A stretch of DNA of 62,435 bases. Source: a bacterium. Its GTDB lineage: Bacteria; Patescibacteriota; JABMPQ01; JAUVWW01. The notes beneath the pieces are model-generated. The model was not told where the DNA came from and ran no database searches. It saw only the letters and a program-made list of their open reading frames with translations. Shown piece after piece: positions 1 to 9,887 of the stretch; position 1 is the stretch's first letter, and every line of letters begins with the position of its first letter. Position numbers and translations under genes: made by a program. The stretch covers positions 1 to 62,435 of the forward strand of contig JAUVWW010000005.1 of NCBI GenBank assembly GCA_030603885.1. The letters are read 5' to 3'.

Positions 1-3000
1 CGGGGTAGCAATTGAAGAGGTGGTAGAAAGAACGGCTTTAATCTTTAAAGCTGGATAAGAATAAGCGTTAATTGAAGATAGGTCAATGGTGGTTGAGGTA
101 TCAGCAGCTGAAAATCCTGAAGAATTGTCTGGAAGCTCTGAATCTGGGATTAAATCGCCACTTGAATCTAAAAGGTAATACTTTATTGATTGGCCATTCA
201 AGGTGTTGGAAATATCTACTTTTTCAAAATCTCCTACTTCAGAAGGGGTGATAGTGGAAGAAATGACCTTCTTTTGAGTCTGGCTTGGATCATAGGTGTA
301 AGTAATCGATACTGAACCTATTTCTGGGGTATTTGAGCTATCGCCGGTAGAAAGAGTGGCTCCCCATCTCAAATCCTTGCCCGAATAATCATGACTATTA
401 ACATTGGTAAAATCAATTTCCTGGCCAGAAGTAGGCGTAACCCAATTAGTGCCGTCAGTGGTAACCTGGTAACTAATTAAGGTTTGCGAAGGAGTAGTAT
501 CATTAAATGTAAACGTGGCTCGGATGACATCAATGTCAGCAACGTTTAAATCAACAGATCGACCTATTTTAGGAGATTGGTAGGATTTTTCTAGTTTTGT
601 GATATTACCATTTTGGCCAACTGCCCAACTAGTGCCAGCGTCAGCAAAATAGATAGAAAATAAAGTGTCAGTAATACTGTGACTCTGGCTGGACCAATTT
701 GAACCTCCGTCAGTGGTATAAAGGATATCAGCGTCTCCTGGTGTCGGGTATGTGCCACCCACTGCCCAGCCGTTGTTAGAATCGGTGAAAAAAACTGACC
801 ATAAATAATTAGTGGTGCCACTGGTTTGAGGAGACCAATTTGTGCCTCCGTCAGTAGTGTGAATAATGAAACCACCCCGCGCGACTGCCCAGCCATTATT
901 GGAGTCGATGAAGAAAACAGAAGTTAAAGAAAGAATGCTACCGGCAGTCTGACTTGACCAATTCAGACCTCCATCTGTGGTGCGCAAAATAACAGAGGCT
1001 TTAGGAAGTGTTGTACTACCCACTGCCCAACCAGTGTTAGAGTCAATAAAATGGACAGAAGATAGACCGCCACTAGTGCCGCTGGTTTGAGGAGACCAAT
1101 TGGAGCCGCCGTCAGTGGTATGAATAATGGTACCAGAACTACCCACTGCCCAGCCGATGTTGGAATTGGTAAAGTAAACAGACTTCAACTCATTACTAGT
1201 GCCGCTGGTCTGGGGAGACCAATTGGAGCCGCCATTAGTGGTTTTAAGAATAGTGCCAGAAGTCCCCACTGCCCAGCCGGTGTTGGAGTCGGTGAAAAAG
1301 ACAGAGTTTAAGACAATGCTTCCAGTATACTGAGTAGACCAATTAGTTCCTCCATTAGCAGTGTGAAAGATGACACCAGTTACAGGAAGTCTTGAAGAAC
1401 CCCCCACTGCCCAGCCGGTGTTAGAATCGGTGAAGAAAACAGAGTACAAGCTATAAGCTGTGGCATCGGTCTGATCAGTAATAGTAAGCGGATTAGGTAA
1501 ATCAACCCTGGTATTAGTGGTATCCCAATCAGCCGTAGTAGCTGACGCATCCTTATAACTGGCAGTAGAAAAGTCTTCGGTGAATGTATAAGAGCTGGGT
1601 TGATAATATTTATAAGCGATAGAAATATTATTTACTTCAGGAGTAACATCAGTGTCAGTAGTAGAAAGAATGGCTTTCCAGCGTAAATCTGCGCCTTGAT
1701 TAGTAAAAATATGTTCTGTACCTGAAGTAACCGTTTCCCAATTGGTTCCTCCGTCAGCTGACATTTGATAGGTAATTGTTTGGCCGTTTAAGGTTGAAGT
1801 AGCCGTTAAAGTGGCTTTAGCTATAGTAAAAACAGAAGTATTTACATTAGTAGATTGAACTATTTTAGGAGTTTGATAAAGTCGTTCTATTTTTAAGATA
1901 GTACCGGATAGACCAACTGCCCAACCATTGTCAGAATCGGCAAAGTTGACAGAGAATAAATCATTGCTAGTCCCGCTGGTCTGGCTTGACCAGGTTGTAC
2001 CTCCATCAGTAGTGTTGTAAACAACACCCCCAGTACCAACCGTCCAGCCAGTATCAGAATCAATGAAATAAATAGAGGTTAAACTATGAGAACCACTGGT
2101 TATGCTGCCCCCAGGTGACCAGTTAGTACCTCCATCAGTAGTAGAAATAACAACGCCGCCATTTGTCACTGCCCAACCCGTATTGGAATCGGCAAAGTAA
2201 ACTGAATATAAACCTCCTGCGGTCTGACTGTCCTGGGCTGACCAATTACTGCCTCCATCTGTAGTATTAACAATTGTTGGCTTACCGAGAAATGGCGCAT
2301 CACCGACTGCCCAGCCGGTGTTGGAGTCGGTAAAATAGAGGCCACGTAAAGCTACACTAACCCCACTGGTTTGAGGAGACCAATTTGAGCCGCCGTCAGT
2401 GGTATGAATAATAGTTCCATTATACCCCACTGCCCAGCCGGTGTTGGAATCGGTGAAGAAGACAGAATTTAAACGCTGACCGGTACCACTATTTTGGGTT
2501 GACCAATTTGAGCCGCCGTTACTGGTATGAACAATAGGAGTATTGCCTGTACAAGAGACACCACAATCTCCCACTGCCCAGCCGTTGTTGGAGTCGGTGA
2601 AGAAGACAGATCTTAAATTTTCGCTAGTACCACTAGTCTGAGTATCCCAATTCGAGCCGCCGTCAGTGGTGTGAATAATAAGACCACTGGCACCGACTGC
2701 CCAGCCGGTGTTGGAGTCGGTGAAGAAGACAGAAAGTAAATGATTACTAGTACCGCTGGTCTGAGAACTAATATCTATTCCCTTAGGTAAACTTACCTTC
2801 TTATTGGTTGTATCCCAGGTGGCCGTCGTATTAGTAGTATCTTTATAGGTTGTATCAGAAAAATCCTCTGAAAAATTTTGAGAAGTTAGAGCAAGTTCAA
2901 CCCTTTGATTGGTTGAATCTAGGAAACCTTCGTTTGTGGAAAGACCAATGGCATCTGGAAAAGTGTCAGTATAAGTGCCTGATCTTTGATCGTAAGTAGG

Positions 3001-3081
3001 TCGAGCTAAAGCAGGCAGGCTTAGTTGAAAAACAAATAAGCCTAAAAGAGCTAGGATAGATGCTATTTTTAGTGATTTCAT
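1..3081 (-). CDS. Secreted BNR/Asp-box (Ycf48-like) double seven-bladed beta-propeller protein; C-terminus lies beyond the left window edge
   Basis: Hand translation: frame is open from ATG at 3081 to position 1. It is absent from the ORF track because no stop falls in the window. N-terminus MKSLKIASILALLGLFVFQLSLPALA resembles a signal peptide. There are 14 blades of type FFTDSNTGWAVG...IIHTTDGGSNWSPQTSG. Confidence 0.85.
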   Translation of the reverse strand, partial: MKSLKIASILALLGLFVFQLSLPALARPTYDQRSGTYTDTFPDAIGLSTNEGFLDSTNQRVELALTSQNFSEDFSDTTYKDTTNTTATWDTTNKKVSLPKGIDISSQTSGTSNHLLSVFFTDSNTGWAVGASGLIIHTTDGGSNWDTQTSGTSENLRSVFFTDSNNGWAVGDCGVSCTGNTPIVHTSNGGSNWSTQNSGTGQRLNSVFFTDSNTGWAVGYNGTIIHTTDGGSNWSPQTSGVSVALRGLYFTDSNTGWAVGDAPFLGKPTIVNTTDGGSNWSAQDSQTAGGLYSVYFADSNTGWAVTNGGVVISTTDGGTNWSPGGSITSGSHSLTSIYFIDSDTGWTVGTGGVVYNTTDGGTTWSSQTSGTSNDLFSVNFADSDNGWAVGLSGTILKIERLYQTPKIVQSTNVNTSVFTIAKATLTATSTLNGQTITYQMSADGGTNWETVTSGTEHIFTNQGADLRWKAILSTTDTDVTPEVNNISIAYKYYQPSSYTFTEDFSTASYKDASATTADWDTTNTRVDLPNPLTITDQTDATAYSLYSVFFTDSNTGWAVGGSSRLPVTGVIFHTANGGTNWSTQYTGSIVLNSVFFTDSNTGWAVGTSGTILKTTNGGSNWSPQTSGTSNELKSVYFTNSNIGWAVGSSGTIIHTTDGGSNWSPQTSGTSGGLSSVHFIDSNTGWAVGSTTLPKASVILRTTDGGLNWSSQTAGSILSLTSVFFIDSNNGWAVARGGFIIHTTDGGTNWSPQTSGTTNYLWSVFFTDSNNGWAVGGTYPTPGDADILYTTDGGSNWSSQSHSITDTLFSIYFADAGTSWAVGQNGNITKLEKSYQSPKIGRSVDLNVADIDVIRATFTFNDTTPSQTLISYQVTTDGTNWVTPTSGQEIDFTNVNSHDYSGKDLRWGATLSTGDSSNTPEIGSVSITYTYDPSQTQKKVISSTITPSEVGDFEKVDISNTLNGQSIKYYLLDSSGDLIPDSELPDNSSGFSAADTSTTIDLSSINAYSYPALKIKAVLSTTSSIATP
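600..2760 (-). repeat. Intragenic blade repeats (2 x 7) with near-identical roughly 40-nt cores
   Basis: The core ccactgcccagccggtgttggagtcggtgaagaagacaga recurs near 1265, 1403, 2305, 2428, 2572 and 2695. More diverged copies lie near 615, 760, 880, 1020, 1142, 1915, 2035 and 2168. Confidence 0.8.
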
Positions 3082-3104
3082 GGTTTTTGTAGCTATTCCC
3101 ATTT

Positions 3105-4085
3105 TCATTTTATCATATCTTTTATAAATTCTCTACTTTTAACCACCTCTCCTTTCTCTCCAAGAGCTCCTAAATCTTGGCCACAAAATTCAACAAAAGT
3201 GGTATGGGCTTTTCCTGAAGAGATGGTAATTTTTTCTTTGGCATGAAAAATCTTGAAAAAATCAACTGAAGCTACTTGGCTAAAGACGACATCATCATCT
3301 TCTAAAATATGAAGCCAAGTAGGATCATCTTTAATGGTAATTGTAAGTTCTAACCCATCACTACACTTTTCTGGCTCATCTTGATTTTGTTCTCCAGCAA
3401 CTTTTTGTACTTCTGGAAGTTCTACTAAAACCTTCCTGGTTATCTCTGTTTCTTTTCCCACTTTACTTTTGGCCTTGACATTTAGGGTATTCATTCCTTG
3501 GGTCAAACCAACACTCTCTTCAAAGTTCCCCTGGCCATCTATGGAGATGAGCTTGTCATTTATAAAAAGTTCAACCTCTGGCTCTGTTTTTCCTTTTATT
3601 TTAATAATATTCTCTATGATAGTTATATTAGAAGCTGGCTCATAAATTTCAAGCATGGGCGGAGCAGCTAGGCTAGTTAATTGCATCCATAAATAAAAAA
3701 ACAAACCCAAAACCAAAATCAGAATACCCGCTACTCTAATTATCTTTGGGGTAATAACGAAATTGACCCTCCGACTTGGCTCGGGATAAGCTTTTGACTT
3801 TTTAATATGTTCTTCTATACCTCTTTCTTTCTTATATAACTCAAGTATTTCATCATAATCCAAGCCTAAATAGCTTACATATTGTTTGAGGTAGCCTCTC
3901 ACATAGACATCGGCTGGTAGCTGATCGTATTGACCTTCCTCAAGCGCCACAAGATAATCCTTTTGGATTTTCATAGCCTGGGCTATTTCCTCTAATCTTA
4001 TATTAGCCTTAAGCCTTATTTTTTTTAATCTCTCACCCAGGCTTGAGGCTAATTCTAGTTTTCGAGTAACAAAGCCATTATTCAT
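3105..4085 (-). CDS. rodZ: RodZ-like cytoskeleton protein (N-terminal XRE-type HTH, one TM segment, Ig-like region, DUF4115-like C-terminus)
   Basis: N-terminus LGERLKKIRLKANIRLEEIAQAMKIQKDYLVALEEGQYDQLPADVYVRGYLKQY is typical of RodZ. A TM segment ILILVLGLFFYLW follows. Confidence 0.7.
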   Translation of the reverse strand: MNNGFVTRKLELASSLGERLKKIRLKANIRLEEIAQAMKIQKDYLVALEEGQYDQLPADVYVRGYLKQYVSYLGLDYDEILELYKKERGIEEHIKKSKAYPEPSRRVNFVITPKIIRVAGILILVLGLFFYLWMQLTSLAAPPMLEIYEPASNITIIENIIKIKGKTEPEVELFINDKLISIDGQGNFEESVGLTQGMNTLNVKAKSKVGKETEITRKVLVELPEVQKVAGEQNQDEPEKCSDGLELTITIKDDPTWLHILEDDDVVFSQVASVDFFKIFHAKEKITISSGKAHTTFVEFCGQDLGALGEKGEVVKSREFIKDMIK

Positions 4086-4103
4086 GATAACAATGTAACA
4101 ATT

Positions 4104-6278
4104 TTAATATTCAATATCTTCTTTGTTTTCACTCTCTTCCATGCTCTCTTCGTTCTCTACATCTCCTCCCAAGACCTCTCTTGGTTTTGATCCGTCAGGT
4201 GGACCAACGATCCCTTTTTCTTCAAGTAAATCTAAAAGTCTGGCTGCCCGAGCATAGCCAACAGATAATCTCCTTTGTAAAAGCGAAGCAGAACCTTTGC
4301 CTGCCTGAATGACTACATTCTTGGCTTCTTCAAATAGTTCATCATCTTTAATCCCCTCTGGAACTAAACCAATCTCTTGTTGTTTTTTTAAAACTTCTTC
4401 ATTATATTCAGGCTCACCCATTTTTTCCTTAAGATACTTAACCACTTTCTCAATCTCAGAATCAGAAACAAAGGCTCCTTGGATTCTTCTTGGCTTTGAT
4501 ATATCAGCTGATATATAGAGCATATCTCCATTGCCAAGCAGTCTTTCTGCTCCACTTGAATCAATAATAGTTCGGGAGTCAACAGATGAGGCACAGGAAA
4601 AAGCAATTCTGGAAGTAATATTTGCTTTTATTAAACCAGTGATAACATTAACCGAAGGACGTTGAGTAGCCAGAATAAGATGAATGCCAGTGGCTCTAGC
4701 CATCTGGGCCAATCTAACCACACAGCCTTCTACTTCGTGAGGAGCGGTGACCATAAGATCAGCTAACTCATCAACAGCTATGATAATATAGGGAAGCTTT
4801 TCTTCTTTTACTTTTTGATTATAAGTTATTATGTCTCTTGATTGTGCCTCATGAAATAACTTAAAGCGCCGATCCATCTCCGCCACAGACCATCTTAGGG
4901 CATTGATGGTTTTGTCAATATCTTGGACCACAGGAGTTAAAAGATGGGGTAGGCCATTGTAAGCAGTTAATTCTACCCTTTTAGGATCAACTAAAATAAG
5001 TTTTAAATCTTCTGGTGAATTTTGATAAAGAAGGGTTAAAATAATACTATGAAGACAAATAGTTTTTCCTGAACCAGTTGCTCCGGCAACCAAAAGATGG
5101 GGCATCTTATCAAGATTTGCTAGCAGAGGATTTCCAGCTACATTCTTGCCTAGAGTCAAAGCTAGATTAGATTTTCTTTTAGAAAAAGCTGGACTTTCTA
5201 AAATTTCTCTTAATCTTACTAAAGCCGCAGTTTGATTAGGAATCTCAATTCCTACTAGAGATTTTCCTGGGATAGGAGCCTCAATACGAATAGGATGAGC
5301 TGCCAGAGCTAAAGCTAGATCATTATGCAAAGCTGTAATCTTAGAAAGTTTAATTCCCTCTTTTGGTCTGAGAGTATATTGGGTTACCGTCGGTCCCACA
5401 CTTATTTCTCCCATTTCTACCTCAATACCAAAATTTCTCAGGGTCTCTTGAATCCTCCTGACATTGGTCTTTATATCTCCTGAGGTAGGTCGATCACCTC
5501 TCGAGTCAAGTAAAGTTAAAGGATAAGGCTTCCAATCCCTAGCTATCCTTGAAACTTTTTCTGGCTGTCCTTCTCTTTCAAGTCCTCTAATCTCTAAGTC
5601 TAGTTCAGCTTCTTGGCTCTCTGGTTCTTCCATTTCTTTGACTGTAATTTCTCCTTCTTTTTTAGGAAAAGCTTTGCCAGATACTCTTCTCAAAGCTTCT
5701 TTTCCTGGCTCAATAGCTTCTCTTGAACCTCTAAGCAGAGCTCTTATTGAGGTATTAAACATGACTAAAATGGAAACAAAAAATAGGGCTAAAATGACAA
5801 TCAAAGTAGCTATCCTTCCCATTATTTTTTGTAAAGGATAGGAACAAACAAAACCAATATAGCCTCCGCCTTGGCCCTGCTCAATAATATCTAAAGCTTT
5901 ATCTAGAGGTAAAAAGACATGGAAAAGACCACAAAGAGTAATCATAAATAAAACTAATCCTACCCATCTTGAGGCTGGCATCTGATATCTATCTAGCCTT
6001 AGAATGATGTAGCCTAAAACGCCTAATATTAAAGGAACAATATAGCTTGGCCAACCAAAGATTCTAAAGATAATATCTCTGACAAATTCTCCCAAAGGAC
6101 CAGCTAGATTAATCAGCGATAAAAGACTAATAAAACAAGCTACAAACAAAACAATGGATACAATATTCCTTTTAGTTTCAGGAGTTAGATGAGCTAAAAA
6201 ATTAAAGCCAGGAGGAAGCTGATCTTTGGGCTTTCTTGAACTAACTCTTTTAACTTTTTTGTTCTTTTTCCTAGGCAT
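4104..6278 (-). CDS. ftsK: DNA translocase FtsK/SpoIIIE
   Basis: N-terminal TM helices. Walker A VAGATGSGKT. Motifs DELADLM and RATGIHLILATQRP. C-terminal gamma winged helix LLQRRLSVGYARAARLLDLLEEKGIV. Confidence 0.95.
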   Translation of the reverse strand: MPRKKNKKVKRVSSRKPKDQLPPGFNFLAHLTPETKRNIVSIVLFVACFISLLSLINLAGPLGEFVRDIIFRIFGWPSYIVPLILGVLGYIILRLDRYQMPASRWVGLVLFMITLCGLFHVFLPLDKALDIIEQGQGGGYIGFVCSYPLQKIMGRIATLIVILALFFVSILVMFNTSIRALLRGSREAIEPGKEALRRVSGKAFPKKEGEITVKEMEEPESQEAELDLEIRGLEREGQPEKVSRIARDWKPYPLTLLDSRGDRPTSGDIKTNVRRIQETLRNFGIEVEMGEISVGPTVTQYTLRPKEGIKLSKITALHNDLALALAAHPIRIEAPIPGKSLVGIEIPNQTAALVRLREILESPAFSKRKSNLALTLGKNVAGNPLLANLDKMPHLLVAGATGSGKTICLHSIILTLLYQNSPEDLKLILVDPKRVELTAYNGLPHLLTPVVQDIDKTINALRWSVAEMDRRFKLFHEAQSRDIITYNQKVKEEKLPYIIIAVDELADLMVTAPHEVEGCVVRLAQMARATGIHLILATQRPSVNVITGLIKANITSRIAFSCASSVDSRTIIDSSGAERLLGNGDMLYISADISKPRRIQGAFVSDSEIEKVVKYLKEKMGEPEYNEEVLKKQQEIGLVPEGIKDDELFEEAKNVVIQAGKGSASLLQRRLSVGYARAARLLDLLEEKGIVGPPDGSKPREVLGGDVENEESMEESENKEDIEY

Positions 6279-6333
6279 TTTACAATATAAAATTATCAGT
6301 TTAGTATATCATACTATATTTTTTATTTAAAGT

Positions 6334-6357
6334 CAAAAAAATAGGCTTAAAAGCCTG
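6334..6357 (-). terminator. Rho-independent terminator after the exonuclease gene
   Basis: AGGCTT/AAGCCT hairpin followed on the minus strand by ATTTTTTTG. Confidence 0.5.
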
Positions 6358-6379
6358 CCTATATTTTTAATCTAGCCAG

Positions 6380-7108
6380 TTACTCGTATTCCGGTATCCG
6401 AATATATTCATCCCAAATATGAAAAAGCTCTTTGGTAGCTCGGACATCATCCAGACAATATTTGGCAATTTTTAGATATTCTTTTTTCTTAAATCTATCT
6501 TTAACTTCAAGGCCAGTTATACCTTTGTCTTTTGAGCTTTCAATTCCAAAAGCTTGGCACCAAAAATGAAGATTTCCTTTCCTTCTTACTGCTCCATAAA
6601 AGCTTAGCTGATCCATGAGGTCAACATGAAAATCGCTTTTATAACGGTAAGGCATCAAATTAACAGTTGGTTTTATTTGATGAATGGCTGAGCGAATAAT
6701 AATAAAAGGACAATCAAAGCCTCGGCCATTGAAAGTAGCAAATTGGCTACAGGTTTTAATTACCCGCCAAAAATGCTCTAAAATCTCCTTTTCTGTAGCT
6801 GGCTGGAATTTAATTTCCTTTTCTTCAAAAGCCTCTATTTTCTTTTTGGGTGCTTGAAAATAGCAAGCTCCCTTTCCTTGATCTGCCTCTAAAATAGCCA
6901 AAGCCACAATTTGAGCCGTTAAAGGAGAACCAGCCAACTGATCCTTTCTTCTTTCAAACCTCTCTTCAAAACTCTCATCTGTGTCTTTATACAACTTAGC
7001 CCAGTCTTTAATGTATTCCTGAGACTTTTTATCCAACTCCTCAAAATCTTTGCCCACGGTTTCGATGTCGAAGATGAGGCGGGGGCGAGTTTGATTAATA
7101 TTAATCAT
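6380..7108 (-). CDS. RNase H-fold 3'-5' exonuclease (PolB-exonuclease-like, DEDD type)
   Basis: ExoI FDIET, ExoII NGRGFDCPF, ExoIII YCLDDVRAT. Confidence 0.7.
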   Translation of the reverse strand: MININQTRPRLIFDIETVGKDFEELDKKSQEYIKDWAKLYKDTDESFEERFERRKDQLAGSPLTAQIVALAILEADQGKGACYFQAPKKKIEAFEEKEIKFQPATEKEILEHFWRVIKTCSQFATFNGRGFDCPFIIIRSAIHQIKPTVNLMPYRYKSDFHVDLMDQLSFYGAVRRKGNLHFWCQAFGIESSKDKGITGLEVKDRFKKKEYLKIAKYCLDDVRATKELFHIWDEYIRIPEYE

Positions 7109-7153
7109 AAAATTAATTTTTACTTAATCGCTTTTTCTTTCTAAGTAAAATTA

Positions 7154-8257
7154 TTAATTTTCTTTAGCAACTCTATTTAAATAATTATAAAGAATTTCCA
7201 AAATCATTTTTCTTTGCTCTTGAATAAAATCAGCTAATCTTATTGTCTTACTATATAAAGAACTTATCTCGCTGTAGTCATAAGACAAATCTACCTTTTC
7301 AGAAAGCTCATTAAATAACTCTTTATGTAAATTATCAATGTTTTTTAAAGACTTTTTGGGTGCTTTAATTTCAATCCAAATAAGAGAAGCAGAAACATTA
7401 GCTAAAGATAAAAGAGCAATTTTCTCATTACCCTTCTTAACACCAACTTTTATATACCCCTCTTTCTCTCCTCCACTAAACCAAACTTCAAAGTTCTTAC
7501 TTGTTTTTACTTTATTATAAAAGTTTTTTATAAGATTATGAATCTCCTCATTCGTTCTATCTCTTAAAACTTTGAAATATTCTTTTTCTGTCCAATCCTT
7601 ACTACCATATGCAGTTTTTGTTTTCTGACTAGGTTTCACTCCATACAACCTTGGTGTTAAAACCTCAAGACCTTGACCTGTAAAATATGGAATTTCTAGA
7701 GCAAAAAGTTCAAAATGAAAACTCCCAGAAAGATTAATATAATCAACGATTCTCTTTAGAGGTTCATTCATCTGATCGACTGCTACAATTAGAGAAAAAT
7801 TTCCTTTTTCTAAATTCGTTGAAACTGCACTTAAAAACTGCTCCTCTGACCAATCCTTGTCTTTAATCCTCTTTTTTATCAGATTAACCAAATGATCACT
7901 GGTAATTTTCGAAACTTTTTGATCAAATTCCTCAAAACTCATTTTCCACAAAAATCCAGCATATTCAAAAATCTGCCCTATGACTTCTCTCTTTGCTTCA
8001 GCATTCGTGGCAAGCTTTGTTTCAATAATGTAAATCCTTCCTTCGGGATCGAGTCCGATAATATCACTGTTTCCAGAACCAGGTAAACCAAATTCTTTTA
8101 AAAATACACAAATTTCTTTCCTAGAAACATCAATATCTCGAAGAGGAAGAATGGAGGGATCATTATAAATTTCATTTTGCAACTGGGCTTCGTTCTTATA
8201 GGAGATTTTTGCTAATTTTCCCCATTTCTTATTTTTATTACGAAAGAGAATAGGCAT
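7154..8257 (-). CDS. NucS/DUF91-like PD-(D/E)XK nuclease domain protein with an uncharacterised C-terminal half
   Basis: GNSDIIGLDPEGRIYIIETKLATNAEAKREVIGQIFEY matches the D...E-x-K...Q..Y nuclease core of NucS/RecB-like enzymes. Last gene of the 7-gene operon. Confidence 0.55.
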   Translation of the reverse strand: MPILFRNKNKKWGKLAKISYKNEAQLQNEIYNDPSILPLRDIDVSRKEICVFLKEFGLPGSGNSDIIGLDPEGRIYIIETKLATNAEAKREVIGQIFEYAGFLWKMSFEEFDQKVSKITSDHLVNLIKKRIKDKDWSEEQFLSAVSTNLEKGNFSLIVAVDQMNEPLKRIVDYINLSGSFHFELFALEIPYFTGQGLEVLTPRLYGVKPSQKTKTAYGSKDWTEKEYFKVLRDRTNEEIHNLIKNFYNKVKTSKNFEVWFSGGEKEGYIKVGVKKGNEKIALLSLANVSASLIWIEIKAPKKSLKNIDNLHKELFNELSEKVDLSYDYSEISSLYSKTIRLADFIQEQRKMILEILYNYLNRVAKEN

Positions 8258-8298
8258 ATTTGTTCTAATTTTGAATTATTAGATATGATTTTTAAAAA

Positions 8299-8499
8299 TT
8301 AAATTCCTTTAGACTTTACAAAAGTCGAAAAACTATCTTTTGCTTCACGATACAAATTTTTTAAAATCCGATACCACACTTCTTTTACTCGTTTTGAGGT
8401 AGCCTTACGGCCACAATCCCGAATAGCCTGCTGGATTTCGTCTATGACAACCGATTGATCAATCCATTTGCATAATTTGTGATAGGTTTTTTGGTTCAT
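8299..8499 (-). CDS. Hypothetical 66-aa protein
   Basis: ORF only. Co-oriented between the TIGR02391-like gene and the nuclease gene. Confidence 0.4.
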   Translation of the reverse strand: MNQKTYHKLCKWIDQSVVIDEIQQAIRDCGRKATSKRVKEVWYRILKNLYREAKDSFSTFVKSKGI

Positions 8500-8575
8500 G
8501 GTGGATCTGTTAACTTCTGTATTAAAATGAATCAGTATTTTGAATCTTGTATTAATAAAGAAATTAGTTTCTATC

Positions 8576-9271
8576 TTATTTTTGAGCTCTTCCTAATATG
8601 GCTAGTAAACTATCAACAAAGCCACAGAACCTTAAGGCGTCTTGTCTTGTAAACCTCTCACTTAGTTCATGATGGGTCGTATCTCTAAAAGCTAACATTA
8701 GACCATTATAAATACTATGAAAGCCCCGCTGTTCAATCTTTCTATTACTAACCTTTAGTACCGCCTTAGCTGGATCGGGATTTAAAACTTTACCAACTAG
8801 ATTAACACCTACTAGATTTTTTATCCCAGACAGCTTTTTTATCCTGTCTTCGAGTACAGTTGTAGCTTCTCTAAATACCCGATCAAATTTCTTCTTAGCT
8901 CTTATCAAATCATCACATCTATCGAATAGCTCTTTATCTTGAATTAAATACTCGACAGCTAATGATATTTGAGACCTCTTTCTTTGACTTTTCCCTTTTT
9001 GGCTAATAGAAGTTTTCAATCGTGGCTGCCTTGTTGTAAAAATAGATGGAAGAGTATCTCTAACTTCTGATTGAATATTAGGAGGTAATTTTCTCTGATA
9101 TACTGCGGTCCCTATTCCTTCTTTTTTTGCCCAAAGAATTAAAAATGCCTCAGAAGAGATACCTAATTTACCTGCTTTCTTACTTACCTGCTCACGTAAA
9201 TATTTCTCTGTCTTTCCAAGTCTTTGAGCTAATTTTTTTAATAATTTCTGATCAAGTCGTGATCTAGACAT
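8576..9271 (-). CDS. Protein with a helical/HTH-like N-terminus and a TIGR02391 (Hypoth_ymh, Abi/prophage-associated)-like C-terminal domain
   Basis: The C-terminus FHSIYNGLMLAFRDTTHHELSERFTRQDALRFCGFVDSLLAIL resembles the TIGR02391 core. The start ATG is 1 nt after the stop of the upstream mini-HTH gene. Confidence 0.5.
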   Translation of the reverse strand: MSRSRLDQKLLKKLAQRLGKTEKYLREQVSKKAGKLGISSEAFLILWAKKEGIGTAVYQRKLPPNIQSEVRDTLPSIFTTRQPRLKTSISQKGKSQRKRSQISLAVEYLIQDKELFDRCDDLIRAKKKFDRVFREATTVLEDRIKKLSGIKNLVGVNLVGKVLNPDPAKAVLKVSNRKIEQRGFHSIYNGLMLAFRDTTHHELSERFTRQDALRFCGFVDSLLAILGRAQK

Positions 9272-9272
9272 A

Positions 9273-9506
9273 TCATTTTTTTCTTCGTTTTGGAGTTAAT
9301 AGAGTTCGTACACTTTGAACCGGTGCATCAAGGATTTCAGCTATATCCTTAGCGTTAAGACCAAAATCAGCTAAATAGTTAACGAATTCACCAGTACCGC
9401 GTCTGCTCTTCCCGATGAAATCTTTATTACCAAGTAGAGATCGTAAACTCAGCGAGATAAGAACACTCAATTTTTTTGAAATTGTTTCAAGTTTTTCTTT
9501 TTCCAT
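9273..9506 (-). CDS. Mini-HTH protein, paralog 4 of 4 (77 aa)
   Basis: LSVLISLSLRSLL...GLNAKDIAEILDAPVQSVRTLLTPKRRKK: an HTH followed by a basic tail. Overlaps the upstream paralog by 20 nt. Confidence 0.6.
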   Translation of the reverse strand: MEKEKLETISKKLSVLISLSLRSLLGNKDFIGKSRRGTGEFVNYLADFGLNAKDIAEILDAPVQSVRTLLTPKRRKK

Positions 9507-9705
9507 ATCGATTTCTATTTTTCTTAGAAATCTTATTAAGAATGGTTATAATCCGGCGAAGACGATTATTATCAATTTTCCCTAAAACTCTCTTTACATT
9601 ATCACTATTAAATCCTGATTTACCTAATTCTAAAATTAATAAATCTTTCAGCAGATTAGTAATAATATCCAATTTTTTACAGATTTCTTTATTTTCTGAC
9701 GTCAT
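9487..9705 (-). CDS. Mini-HTH protein, paralog 3 of 4 (72 aa)
   Basis: ITNLLKDLLILELGKSGFNSDNVKRVLGKIDNNRLRRII with a basic tail. Overlaps the upstream paralog by 17 nt. Confidence 0.55.
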   Translation of the reverse strand: MTSENKEICKKLDIITNLLKDLLILELGKSGFNSDNVKRVLGKIDNNRLRRIITILNKISKKNRNRYGKRKT

Positions 9706-9883
9706 TGTCTTTATTTTTTAAACTTTTAAAGTGTTTAACAATACGATTCACCCGATGAATATCGACCCCAAGAATTTCGCGTATCTGACGTTGAGTAAGG
9801 CCAGCTAATCCGAGCTGGACAATTAAGAGATCGCGAAGCAATTCATCGGTTGTACTTTCATTTTTCGAGTTTCTTTTCCTCAT
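9689..9883 (-). CDS. Mini-HTH protein, paralog 2 of 4 (64 aa)
   Basis: ELLRDLLIVQLGLAGLTQRQIREILGVDIHRVNRIVKHFK. Confidence 0.6.
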   Translation of the reverse strand: MRKRNSKNESTTDELLRDLLIVQLGLAGLTQRQIREILGVDIHRVNRIVKHFKSLKNKDNDVRK

Positions 9884-9887
9884 ATTT

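Noticed and set aside
591-1311. ORF-track entries 591-896 (-) and 1087-1311 (+)
   Set aside because: They are off-frame or antisense shadows inside the BNR-propeller gene, with repetitive low-complexity translations.
1-3081. Absence of a long ORF in the supplied track suggested a pseudogene or an alternative genetic code
   Set aside because: Hand translation shows one frame open from ATG 3081 to the window edge, with coherent BNR repeats. The track lists only ORFs whose stop lies in the window. All large housekeeping genes read through with the standard code.
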